From positions 1,736,001-1,800,000 of the forward strand of contig CDLV01000007.1 in the NCBI GenBank assembly GCA_001244265.2: a DNA stretch of 64,000 nt, in the 5' to 3' direction. The notes under the pieces were generated by a model that did not search any database, had not been told where the DNA came from, and was given only the letters and a program-made list of their open reading frames with translations. Position 1 is the first letter of the stretch; the number at the start of each line of letters is the position of its first letter. Source of the DNA: Microbotryum violaceum (taxonomy: Eukaryota). The translations under genes and the position numbers were made by a program. Below are positions 1-17,173 of this stretch, piece after piece.

Positions 1-164
1 GGACTAACTAAACCGGTCGCGCGCGAAGAAATGAACTCGACCCTGGGCTGTGACATGTGACGCATGTGACGGCTGCTGCTGCTGCTGCTCGTTGTTTTGC
101 CCAGCTCGACCCGACTCGCCCTTTCGTTCGGACGATAGCTTAGCTCACAGACTCTGGACGTGAT

Positions 165-4567
<4,403 letters not shown>

Positions 4568-4813
4568 CTGAGGGAGGACGAGGGGGAGTTACCGTAGTAG
4601 TAGATATATTTGCCTGCCTTTCCTTCTTTGATTGTACAAGCAAAGCTCGTTATTGAATTGAATGTTATCTGCTCAATCGAGATACAGTAGACTCGCCGCT
4701 TTCGGTTTTGTCCGACTCGGAGGCTAGCTGGAATTAATTCTCCATCTGACTCTGTTCTCGTTCGGGCGACATCTCGCGTGTGGTGTCGTCGAGTGGGAAC
4801 CACAACCAACGCG

Positions 4814-7225
4814 ATGCCAACCAGATTACCCACACCACCCCCACCGGCTCCAGCAGCACTGTCGTACGGTCCGTCGCTGATCACTGATCGACAATGGTAC
4901 TTGACCGCGAAGCAAGTCGCCCATCCGCCGTCGTGTGATCGCGCCCGTTTGGGGTCATGGCGAGAACCGATCACCTTGGGGGAAGAACGGTATGCAAGGG
5001 CCACGGCAATGCAGAGGATTTGGAATTTGAGGAACATGATGTCGTGGTCAGTGGGGGTGTCTCTTATGGGGGAGGATTAAATTGCCCGTGGAGCTGATCT
5101 GGCGAATGTCTTGCTTCGGTGCACGCTTGCGCAGTCCGTTGGTCGTCGTTTCGACTAGTGCGATCCTCATGCACCGCTTTTACATGGTCAAGTCCGTACA
5201 GGACTTTCCTCCCGAGGTGGGCACATACTCCGCACCATCTAGATGTGAGGTACAGCAGAGATTCGCTCGACTGACCATTGTTTGCTCGTCAACCCTTCCT
5301 TTCCCTTCCCTTGCCTCCCTCTCATCACAGGACGTCGGCTCAGCCGTCTTCTTCCTCGCCAACAAAGTCGAGGAAAACCCCATCAATTTGCGCCACATCA
5401 TCGGCTACTGCCTCGCGATCGAACGCAAGATCGACCGCGAACACATCCGCTTCGACGCCAAAGGGCGCCCCGAATACGACCCCAACGACGATCTCGCCCA
5501 AAACATCAGCAAGAGGATCCTCTACACCGAGGACGCAATGCTCCATGCGCTGTGCTTTGACTTGACGGTTCAAAGTCCGTTCTTTGCTGTGGTCGAGGGG
5601 CTCAAGAAGGTGTACAAGAAGGATTTGGAAGGGAGGGATCAGATCAGTTTCGTCGCGTGGCAGATCTTGCAGGATGTGTGAGTGAGGGTAATGAGGCGCC
5701 GCCGACTTTGTCACTGGGCTGATGAGCGCTTTTTCGATTGTGGCAACCTTTTCATGCTCTCGTTTAGCCTCGCCACGACGCTCGTCATTAGGTATCAAGC
5801 GTACGAACTAGCCGCTGCTGCGATCCTATGTGCGCTCGCTCAACTCAGTCTGCCCATCCCAAGGCCAATATCACGGCCAAGGGAGTCCACACGAGGAACG
5901 GGGGAGAAGCACGGGGATGTCGAGATGCTCGATGGGGCAGAAGATACATCGAAGGGAGGCCCAGAAGGGGAAGAAGGGGAGGAGGTTGAACAGGACGAAG
6001 ATTTGTGCAAGGTGTTCGAGGTGACCATGGATAGGATGCGAGGTAAGGGTGCAGTGTGTTTGTGCTTCGGACGTATGTTCTGACGGCACTGAAATCGTTC
6101 TTCAAACCCGACTCTTTCAGAGATCGTCAAGCTGCTCGCGGAAACGTGGGAATTGGGGCAAGATCCTTACGTCGTGCACGAAGGGCGGCGGGTAAGTCAT
6201 GCCTCTCTCAAAGGGAGTCGACCTGACTCCAGTGTACCAACTTACACATCGCTATCATGGGACCATCACAGCTACGAAAATACGTCTATCGACTCCTCGA
6301 CATTCCTCACGACTCGTCCATGGATCAAAAACCCCTTCCTCCGGAAATTCCGCGTGTCGAACCCCGACGAAAGCAGGGTTCTTCCACCCCTCGCCTCGCG
6401 CACCCAGCAAGTGGGAAAACACCGAATTCCCATCAGCAGAGTGGAGGGTATTCGACACCGGGGGATAATGGGCCTCAATTCGCTCCGAGTCAAAACCAGA
6501 GGCATGATACGTATGGTGCGCATCGACCGCCTTATGAGCCTCCATCAGGCCAAGGGTTGATCCCTGCTCCTCCACCTCCTCCGTTTCCGGAATTGTATGG
6601 CACGCTGCCGCAACAACAAGGATATAGCAACCAATACAACCAGAATATCCAGCATCACAACAATCAGCAACACAATCAACCCATCCATTACCCGCAGCAG
6701 CAGCATCAGCAACACTTCCCACAACACACCTATCCCAACCAGCCCAATCAAGCAAACCACTTCGCACCGGCTCCCCCATTTCAACCCCCGCAACTATCTT
6801 ATGGGATCCAAAATCCGAACCAAGGCCCACCACACCTCAACTACGGCGCCCGCAACCCCATGCCGACCGGTCCTGCAGCCCAAAGAGTTGGCAGCGGCGG
6901 TTTCGGCTCGTACCCCAATCCAGACGATCGGTTTGCTCCCGCTGCCCCTCCCCAAGCTCCGCCGGTTCAAGCTCGTTTTAGACCGATTGGTGGCGGGCTT
7001 GCGCCTACTCCGTCGGGACCAAAGTTCGCGAATACGATGGAAGTGAGTTATGATGATCGAAGACGGACGCAGGGAGGAGGAGGAGGATGGGCGACGAGTG
7101 GGACCGCAGGTAGCGCCCTACCTCCCAACCTTCCGTACGCAGCATCGACCCTTCCTCCTCGACCTCAATTACAGGCGTACGATGATGTGACTATTCGTTC
7201 GACGAGTATGGGCGGTGCGGCGTGA
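4814..7225 (+). CDS. Transcriptional cyclin (cyclin T/K-like) with Pro/Gln-rich C-terminus, multi-exon
   Basis: N-terminal QWYLT..PS, then cyclin box STSAILMHRFYM..SAVFFLANKVEE..ILYTEDAMLHALCFDLTVQSP, then LAAAAILCAL. GT-AG introns connect the ORF pieces; last exon is in ORF 6257-7225. Confidence 0.8.
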
Positions 7226-7495
7226 CCGGGGAAGAAGGGCCAGAGTCCGCTGTGGAGTTGATGAATGTGTGGCTGTGTGCAGTGATCGCAGTTGTGATTT
7301 CCTGTGATTGGAATACCGTTTCGAAATCGAATTGCGTCTCTATGGGGGACTGTTGTACTTTTTTTTTGTTTTTTTGTTTTTTTGCTCCGACTTTCTCGAG
7401 AATGGATGCGTTGCTCGGACGTGACAAGGTTTCGTTCGGGTTTCGACGTATTACAGGGAGGGAGAGGAAAGGACAAAGGAAAGCATAGAAGAGCA

Positions 7496-8782
7496 CTACT
7501 GGTATTGCGCGTACTGCGCCGTACTCGAGAACTTGCTCCCACTCCTATACACCTTCTCGACCGATTTCAAAAAGTCGGCCTCGCTCGCGACCTTCCTCCT
7601 CGAACGAATCGCGAACATCCCCGCCTCGGTACAGACGGATCTCAATTCGGCTCCGGTGGCGTTGGGACATAATCTGGCGATGAGGTCGAAGCGGATGTGG
7701 CGTTCGACGGACATGGACCTCGCGTGGATACGGAGGATGTGCGCGCGGCCTTCGTTGTCCGGTAAAGAGAATTCGACGCGTCGATCGATACGACCGGGTC
7801 GGAGCAAGGCCGGGTCCAAAGTATCGGGTCGGTTGGTCGCCATGAGGACTTTGATGTTACCTCGTGCGTCGAATCCATCCAATTGGTTGATCAACTCCAA
7901 CATGGTCCTTTGCACCTCGTTGTCCCCACCCGCCCCATCATCGAACCTTGCTCCACCAATCGCATCGACCTCGTCAAAGAAAATGATGCACGCCTTCTTC
8001 GTACGGGCCATCTCGAACAATTCGCGCACCATCCGGGCACCTTCTCCAACGTATTTCTGAACGAGTTCGGATCCGATGACCCGAATAAAAGTCGCGTCCG
8101 TTCGGTTCGCCACCGCTCGTGCGCACAAGGTCTTGCCCGTTCCAGGAGGGCCGTACAACAAAACGCCCTTGGGCGGGTCGATGCCGAGTTCGACGAAGCG
8201 TTCGGGCGACAACAAGGGTGTTTCGACGACCTCGCGCAATTTCTCGATTTGTTCCTTGCAGCCTCCGACGTCCGAGTAGGTCACGTCGGGCTTCTCTTCG
8301 ACTTGCATCATCGTCACCGAGGCGTCGATGCGGGGCGGTAAAGGGATTTGGATCTTGTAGTCTTGTCGGTCGACGCTGTATGCCCACAGTCCAAGGTCAG
8401 CTGTGGTCCGTGAAGGGCGCGTGCGGGCTGAGACGTCCCGAACTGACCCTACTCGCATGCCCTCCTCGATATCGGTCGGTGCAACACGATCGCCGAGGCC
8501 CACGACAAACTTTGCAATCTGCTTGACGTTGATGACGTATTTATCCTGTTCGTTGGCATTGGGTTTCTGGCCCTGAGGGAGGACGGGCAGGGGAGGCGCA
8601 TCGGGACCGGTGGGGAGACGGATGATCTTGGTGCAGCGCGCGACTTGGAGCGGGTGTTCGGAGCCCATGCGTTGCTTGTCTGATGCGACGTCCCATAGAT
8701 TCGGGGGTGCGAGACCGGTGTCGAGTTCCTTGACGCCTGTGGGACGGACAGGGTTAGGTGGGTCGGTTCAGTCAGCGGAGGA

Positions 8783-8825
<43 letters not shown>

Positions 8826-9415
8826 ATGGGAGGTGGCTACGATCGAGGTGGCCGCGACTGACCCATCTTCTCGTTGACGCGCTTTTGAGCATCCTTGATG
8901 TCGTTCTCGACCTTTTTCAGTTGCTTGGCGTACGGTCCTTGGCCCTGTGGATGGAAGGTGTGTGAGGATCAGGTCAGTCGTGGGCTCGCTGGAGGGGCGA
9001 AAAGTACGAGGACGTGCATAGGTTCTCAAAATCTGAATGTCCTCCTCGTCCAGAGCTGTAAAGAAGATCGTGCAGGCCAAGATGTCAGCATGCACAGGTA
9101 CAAGCTAGCGTGCGGGCGCTGGCGAGGCGAGGCGAGGCACGGCGATGACGAAGCGCTTGCTGATCAGTACTATCCGTGCTGACGGGCGACTGACGATTGA
9201 TCTTGTCCTCTTGCTTGGCATCAACCGGCTTCTCGTCTGTGGGCCGGAACGAGACGGTGTCAGTATCGCCGCTTGGAGTCGGACCAGTGCACGGATATGC
9301 ACGCTTACACTTTTCCCAATCACTGAGTGACCCGAGCGGGAGAGCACAAGCCCGTTAGCCACGAGGTGGATACAGGCTCGTCGTGCAGTCTGGGGACGTA
9401 CGCTTTGGGTGGCAT
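7496..9415 (-). CDS. RPT1: 26S proteasome AAA-ATPase subunit 7 (Rpt1/PSMC2)
   Basis: MPPKA|DWEK N-terminus built from micro-exons (ATG 9415). Also [17 protein letters not shown], Walker A GPPGTGKT, Walker [39 protein letters not shown]-terminal KFSSTAQY. Confidence 0.97.
8786..8820. repeat. (GA)n microsatellite in an RPT1 intron
   Basis: Uninterrupted GA run of about 17 units. Confidence 0.95.
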
Positions 9416-9579
9416 CGGGTTGGATCGGGGAGGGTGGAGAGTGGACGAGTGCGGTGGACGTGTAGGGTGGACCAGTAAGTATATTGTTAGGAGGAAGAAA
9501 CGCGCAGCGACGCGCCGAGGTCGAGAGCTCCACACGCAAGCGCAGCACACGCTAGCACACGCTAGTGACACGCCTCCAC

Positions 9580-9745
9580 CCGCGCTTGGACCCGCTTGGA
9601 CGCGTTTGGACCTGCTCTGACCCGCTTGGCTTGGCCCGCTTGGACCTTCAGCGTTACAGCTTCAGCCAGCTTCTGCTTCAGCCAGCTTCAGCCAGCTTCT
9701 GCTTCAGCCAGCTTCAGCCTCGAGCTCGGCTCAGCCTCAGTCCAG
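9580..9745. repeat. Two adjacent short tandem arrays in the RPT1/SCY1-like divergent intergenic region
   Basis: Repeated (c)ccgcttgga-like units at 9580-9645, then cagcttcagc / cagcttctgcttcagc units at 9645-9745. Confidence 0.8.
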
Positions 9746-9862
9746 CTCGGCGCGCACTCGCACACGGCCATTCGCTGCCCCCACCCGCTTCCAGTAGGAG
9801 CTGCGCTACCCGGCTACGTCGACGTCTTCACGCTCCACCTAGCTAGCAGCTAGCACCCAGCC

Positions 9863-12800
9863 ATGAGCTGGCTCAGTTCGCTCGCCGGCTCGGTCGCCCA
9901 CACGGTCATTTCGGCCTCGGCTTCGGCGCTCAGTGGGGGGAACAACGTGCCCGGTCTGCCCGGATACACCCTCGGCGACAAGCTGTACCACTTTGACCGC
10001 CGTAGCATTTGGACCGTATGGAATGCGACCAAAAAGGTGCGTACGCGCACAACCGCGCCCTTCACGTTGATGGTGATCGGCGCACGCACACCGCGTCGAG
10101 TGATCAAACACGTCATGCGAGCGCCTCAGAGCAGCATGCCGACTGATCCACCCCCTTTCGTCTCGCCAGGACGACTCGTCTTCCGTCACCGTCTTTTCCT
10201 TCGACCTCAACGCACCGCAACAACTCAACCCAGGTGCAGCCGGCTACTCCAATGACCGTAAAGCCCAACTCGTCCTGGCCAAGAACGCGCTCCGCAAACT
10301 CCGCGCCCTGCGACACCCACACATCCTCAAATTCCTCGATGGCGTAGACACCGACACGACCGTATGGATCGTCACCGAACCCGTACGCTCTCTGTCCCTC
10401 GAACTGGATAGCGCTGGAACACCCTTGGCCGAGGAATCCAAAGTCTACGGACTCTTGCACCTCGTCACCGCCCTCGCCTTCCTCAACAAGGATGGCGCGA
10501 GCATACACGGCAACATCAGACCCGAGAGCGTGTGGATCACACAGGGTGGCGAGTGGAAGTTGGGTGGCATGGAATTGACCACGCGCAAGGACGACGACTC
10601 GGGCGTCATTTGGGTAAGTTCTTGCCTCACCCTTGCGGCAGGAAAGACTCGACGCTGATGCGGACATACCAGAACTATGCCGGTCTTTTACCCGACGCGA
10701 GGAGCTATACATCGCCCGAGGTTCGAAGAGATGGATGGACAGCTCTGAAAGGGTCAGTTCAACCTCCACCCGTTGACAACAATCAGCTTACCCAAGCGAT
10801 CCCCCCAACCCTTTCAGACACGAAGCCTCGGCCCTCGACTCGTACCAACTCTACCTCCTCATCTTCGTCATTTTCAACGGCGCCCTGCCCCCAATCTTTT
10901 CCTCCTCCTCCTCCTCACCCCCCACCCTCCCCGGTACCCGTGGCCAAACCCCCCAAAACATCTACACCACCTGGCGACGGCTCGGCAACCCCAACCCCAA
11001 AGCCCGCCTTCGCACCGACCTCTTCCTCGAACTCGGCATCGGTTCCGAATCGGGGACACCCGGATGGTGGCCTTCGAATCGACTCGTCAAACTCTCCGCT
11101 GCACTCGAAGGCTTCTCCCTCGCTTCCGAGGCGGAAAAGTTGGAGTTGTTGAAGATGCTCAAAACCGTCAGTGACGCCAACGCCACCGTCGCAGCCGGTT
11201 CGATCAAGAAACGAGCGAGCAACGCCTTACCCGACGAATTCCTCAAATATAAAGTACTCTCTTCGCTCGTCAGGACCTTCGAATTTGGTGGAGGAGGTCC
11301 GGCGTTGTTGCCCATCATATTGAACCTCGCTTCAGGCCTGTCGGAACAGGAGTACGCACAGAGCATCATTCAACCGCTCGTGAGGATGTTTGCGACGCCT
11401 GATCGAGCGACGAGGATGGCGCTATTGGAGGGACTGGACAAGTTTGCAGACAAGTTGTCCAACAAGGATGTGACGGAAAAGATTTGGCCTCATTTGGTAC
11501 GCCCGTAAGGTCCGAGATAACTCGTGAAGGAGAGCTGCTGACACCTCGATCTTTCTATGTACCAGCTCTCGGGCTTTGGAGACGTCGTTCCCGTCATTCG
11601 AGAAGCGACGGTCAAGTCGGTCTTGCTGATCGCACCCAAGGTGTTTCAGAACCGAGTGACATCAATAGTCGAAAATTCTCCTGACTAAAATCTGGGTACG
11701 ACGCTCACAGCTTTCGGATCGAATCCTCAACAACGACCTTCTCCGACTTTTAGCACGTTCGCAAACCGATCCCGAGCCAGGAATTCGCACCAATACCTGC
11801 ATCCTTCTCGGTCGACTCTCTCCCCATCTCCAACCTACCACGAACCGCAAAGTGCTCGTACCCGCCTTTGCCCGCGCCCTCCGAGATCCCTTCATCCACG
11901 CTCGTATCGCCGGTTTGATGGCCTTGATGGCCACCGCAGACGTGTACGAGAAGGAAGATCTAGCCGGCAAAGTCATTCCCGCCATGTCGATCTGCCTCAT
12001 CGATCGGGAGAAGGCCGTTCGTGATCAAGGGTACAAAGCGATCGAATTGTTCATTAAAAAGTGCGAGCAGTTGACGATCAACATGCCCGAGACCGCGGCG
12101 ACGGTGGATGAGAATGGGAACCCCATCATTCCTGGTGGGGTTGCAGGCGCAGGAGGGGCTTCGGCAACTTCGACGACGATGGCGATGAAAGCTGCTAATG
12201 CGACTCAACCTGGACTCGCGACCAATGCTGCTGGAGCGGCGGGGGCGTTGGCAGGCTGGGCCTTTGCGAGCGTTTCGAAAAAGCTGTCGTCGGCCGAAGC
12301 GGCGGCACACATGTCGGCCGGTCCTTCGATTCCAGCCTCGGCACCGATCTTACCTCCCGTAGCTTCGCCACCTAAACCTGCTGGTCGAGCGACGAACGGC
12401 CATGGCCCCCAATCATCGATCCATCGACCATTCCAAAGCTCCTCCCTCGCTCTTCCGGGAGGTGCCAACGAAGCCGACGAAGACGACGAAGACGACGAAG
12501 ACGACGAAGACGGGAGTGCCGGTCCCGAAGATTGGGGTCAAGACCTAATGGATGTCAACGCCGATGAAGATGATTGGGACCAATTCGAATCTGGTTCTTC
12601 AGCACCTCGCAAAGTCGATCCATTAGCCGCTCGATTATCTTCCACCAAACCCAAACCGGTCAAATTGGGTGGCAGTAGTGCGAACAAGGCTTCCAAGATG
12701 GCAATGATGGACTTTGATGCTGCTGCTGACGCGTGGGATGTCGAAGAGGCCTCGGGCTTTGGGGGAATGAATAAATCGGCTTTGTTGGCGAGCGTGAGGA

Positions 12801-13360
12801 AACCGCCACCGAGTTTGATGGCTTCGGCTGTACCGGCGGGTCCGAAACAGGTTGTCTCGCTCGCTCCGAGACCGACACGAACATCAATTGCGGTCAATAC
12901 ATCACCTAGGAAACCTATTCGACCTCTCGTCGGCACTACAGCGGCTAGTCGAACGCCCATGTCCCCACCCCGACCCTCGAACAGCTCCGTTGAATCTTCG
13001 CCTAGGACACGCCAACTCTCCACACCTCAATCACCTCCACCTCCGCCACCTGCACCCAATCCTTTCGCGGATATCATCTCTTCACTCCAACCACGCGTCT
13101 TGAGTCCTCCCCCTCCTGCACCGGTCCTTCCGGAACTCGATTCCGATCCTATCCCATCACCACGCGTAGCGAGTCCTCCGTTACGGACGGCATCGCCTGC
13201 GATCTCAGTGGTCTCGACGTCGAACGAGACGATCAAATCGAACGAAGGAGAAGCTGTAGGTACAGGGGCAACGGTGTGGATGACGAAGGAGGAGAAGATG
13301 GCGCATGCGAGGGAACAGAGGAGGTTGAGGATGGTCCAGGCCAAGGTGGGGGCTAAATAA
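9863..13360 (+). CDS. SCY1-like (SCYL1/Cex1 family) pseudokinase with HEAT repeats, multi-exon
   Basis: LRALRHPHILKFLD, IVTEPV, IHGNIRPESVWITQGGEWKLGGME (degenerate kinase). HEAT segments RMFATPDRATRMALL, DPEPGIRTNTCILLG, FARALRDPFIHARIAG. Disordered C-terminus. Confidence 0.9.
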
Positions 13361-13987
13361 GATTTTCACGAGGGCGCGGGGGTCACTACAAGGTAGTGTA
13401 GATTTTTTTTTGCGAGTAGAAATGAACATCATGACGTTTGGCCATCGTGGACTGTCAATGAAGAGTAGTCTGAACTGGTCGCCGCGCCGGTCGTGAGAGG
13501 ACCTTGTATCCGCGGTCGAATAAGTGCACTACAGTGAGAGCTCAAGCAGCCGAAGCAGCACCCTAGTAAAGCTCTCTGTAGCATCAGAGCATACATGTAC
13601 ATTGGCTTCATTCTCACATACCAATAATATCACCGACTTTCAACGCGCCTTACAGTGCAGGAGTCCGCCTCAGCCTACCTCAGCGCCGACCAACTCACTA
13701 CAGAAGCCTAGACCCTCTTCTAACCCAGCAACCAATCAAACGCCGCCCTCCCCTGAGCCCAAGAAGTGTTTTCTGACTTTCCAGCGCCAGCTCCCGTGGG
13801 GTGTTTGACGTCTCCCAGGAGCAGTCATCATTCTCCCGGTAGCAGTCAGGCCCACCCGCCGGAATCTACCTCTTGCCAAAAAAATTAATAATGTGAAGAT
13901 AGTACATGGTTATACAATTTATGCAAAGACGTGAAACGGGACGTTAAAGAGGACTACAGCCACGAGAATGAAAACCCCAACTTCCGC

Positions 13988-16091
13988 TCAAATCCGAATG
14001 AGGTACGTCCCATTCGCTTTTGTCAAATCTGCGTCGTACCCGGGGGTGAAGAAGTGATCAGTCAAACACCCCACGTCCAAGGTTCTTCCTTCATAACAAA
14101 CTCACATCGGACCCATTTAACACTCGAGTAATTACTCTTCTCAAACACCTTCAAGAACCTGACCAACAACCCACTCGCCGTAAACATGAGGACTTGGAAA
14201 TCGACCGAAATTGGTGGTCTCGACCAAGCCTTTAACACCGTCGTCGAACTGAGACTCGCTTCGGCTGAAAAAGTCGTATCACTCTGTCCTTGGAATCGTG
14301 GGATCTTCCATACGATGACATTCTCCGCGGGAACGTATTTGGCCTTCCCGACCCCGACTTTACAATCGACTTTGGCCGTGTTCAGAGGTGTGGGGATTTT
14401 AATCACGACGTTGTTCGCTGAGAGTTTGGGGGAAAAGTTGGCCTTGATTTGGATCGTGTATTCGACTTTAGTTTTGCCGACTTCGGTGACGATGGGTTGG
14501 ACTTTGAAAGGGAGGTTGACGTGCGTCGTCGAGCGGTACCGCATGAGTTCGAATTCGCCGTCGGGGGGGATGAAGGAGATGGTGCGGTCCGAATCGAACT
14601 TGCCGAGTTTAACGCACTGGTGGAATTGGCAGTCGTCCAGTTCGACCGAAACGGCTTCGGGGTTCCCACTCGTCTTGGGACGGTCACTGAAAGCAGCGCA
14701 GCATGCCACGCACCAGGCCCGAGGGTGATCAGAAGGAAATCCTCCGGGTGCGATCCCATTTTGCCACTTACGATTTGTCAATCACCAGCTTATCGTTCAG
14801 TCCGAACTTGCACTCGGGTGTGCCACTGAGGTAAGCCCGCATCAGGATCTGACCATCGACATCCGCTCTCAGGACCGTTCCTGTGCCACGCGCATTTCGC
14901 AGTAAGTCAGTGACCCCGTCCACACTTCTCAACGGCCGCGCGCGCGAACCTTTGGAGCTCATGGATAAATTGACCGTCTCGACGACGTCGACGAAGGCCT
15001 CGTTCTTCCTATACTTGACGTCGCTCCTCCTCCACGAGATGGCACCGGTGGCCTGGATCGTGATCTTGGACGATTCTTCGCGCACGGCCGCGTCGGATTT
15101 GACGCCCTCGTTGGTGATGTACATCTTGAGCGTGTCGGACTCGGAGTTTTGCGGGTACCCAAAGTCGAGGATTTCTGAGTGCATCAGAGTACAATCCATA
15201 ATCAGTCAAGGGTCGTTTCTCGATCCGGGTTCAGTCGAACGTACCATCGAGTAATTCGTAGATGAGCCTGGGGACGTCTTCTGAATTCAGCCCATGCACT
15301 CATCTCGAGCTAAGCAGGAAACGGATGCTCACACAAAGTTGTTCTTCACGCTCTCCTCGTCTAGCTTGCCAAAGTAGGCCCTGCCGAGGTTGATGAAGCG
15401 GTACGTGAACTCGAACACGAGCGCGGCGTTGGCGTTCTGTGGGGGAGGAGAGTCCAGACGGGGAAAGTATCAGTACGGTGTTGGTGGGACTGAGCAATAT
15501 CACGGGTTTGATGGCGTCCAACTGGCATCGTGTCGGTCCGGAGAAAGTGCGTTGACTTTGATGCGACAATTACTGTGGAGCTGCACATGCGAGCGTGCGA
15601 CGGAACGTTGACGTGCGCCTCGACCCCAGACAAGGCGCCGTCCGCTCTGGGCCGTACTATGTCCGATCCCTGATATGTCCCTCCACGGAACTATGCTACT
15701 GCCATGTGTTTGGTCTCCGCTTACATTCTTACACACCGTGACCAACCAAAGCCCGCCATGTCGTACGTGGAAGAAGGTGGTATTGCCGAGGGTGACGAGC
15801 GGTGAGGTCGGCGGTGTCGACGACGCGATCACGTGGATGCGGAAGATGTCCGAGATGGAACGCCTGCAGGTAGAGTTGAAGAAGTCAGCAAGGAGGATGA
15901 TGTGGGGCGTGCAGATTGTTGTGGCTCACTTGAGGTCGGGTCGGAATAGGCGCGAGATGAGCACCTCGCCTTTGAGGTTGAGGATGAAGCTGCGCGGGGA
16001 GGGGATTGAAAGGAGGGCATAGGGTCAGCTGTAGGGCAGAGTGGCTGAGTGAGGCGGCCCGATACGTGACGGCTTACAATGCCGAGAGCAT
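13988..16091 (-). CDS. APM4: AP-2 adaptor complex medium (mu2) subunit, multi-exon
   Basis: [111 protein letters not shown]. Last exon [12 protein letters not shown] (TGA at 13988-13990). Confidence 0.95.
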
Positions 16092-16302
16092 GATGCCGGT
16101 GGTGGGGCAGGTGCGGCGAAATGTAGTACAAAGCCGAGCTGCGAGCTGCGCGGTGCGACGCGTGACGTAGATCGTGCTCGCCGTCAGTCGCACGGTTGGC
16201 CTCCTTTTTCTTCCCTCACCTCCTAAATTAGTGCTCCTCGGTCCTCAGTCCTCGGTCCTCGCCACACCACCGCGCTTCAAGTAACACCACCTGAACCAAG
16301 CC

Positions 16303-17079
16303 ATGTCCAAAACAAAAGGCACCCCCGTTCTCGAGACATCGATGGGCACGATCTCGTTCGAGATGTACGCCGACCACGCGCCCAAGACCTGTCGCAACTT
16401 TGTCGAGCTCTGCAACAAGGGCTACTACTCGGGCACCGTGTTCCACCGCATCATTGGGGATTTTATGATACAGGTAAGGGAATACTTTATTGCTCAGGAG
16501 TATGAGATGTTTCCGCTGACCCCACAGGTACTTATCCCATTCGCAGGGAGGTGATCCAACGGGGACAGGGCGAGGAGGAACGAGCATCTATGGCGCATCA
16601 TTCGAGGATGAGATCGTGCGTACTATCGCAACACGGTATATCTTCTTATGCATTCTCCCTCCTGACCACTCTGACCCTCCTTCAGCACCCTGAACTGCGC
16701 TTCACCGGAGCCGGGATCCTCGCCATGGCCAACGCTGGGCCGAACTCGAACGGCAGTCAATTCTTCATTACATTAGGTGGGTCAAACGCATATTCTTACC
16801 CTCTTTTCTATCTCATAAACTGACTCCCAACCTATCGCGCTCGTCTTTCAGCCCCTACACCCTCACTCGACAAGAAGCACACCATTTTCGGCCGAGTACT
16901 AACAGGGATGAGCGTCGTACCGAGGTTGGGTTCTGTAGCCGTAGATACAGAAGACAGGTGCGTCTCAACTCGATGTCAGAAATATGCCCCCTCACGGATC
17001 GGGTAGCTGACCTTGGAGGAGGATGAACAGACCGAAGGAAAACGTCCGAGTGATCAAATCCCGCGTTGTGGATCTGTAG
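16303..17079 (+). CDS. Cyclophilin-type peptidyl-prolyl isomerase, PPIL1-like, 5 exons
   Basis: [36 protein letters not shown]..|[46 protein letters not shown]..|PKENVRV..*. Divergent from AP-2 mu with about 210 bp between the ATGs. Confidence 0.95.
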
Positions 17080-17173
17080 CACGCACCAACACAGCATCAT
17101 TATGTTTGTAGATCTCCGAATTGATGTAAGAAAACCAAATACCACCGGGGAGAATCGTCTTGAAACTCGGCCG

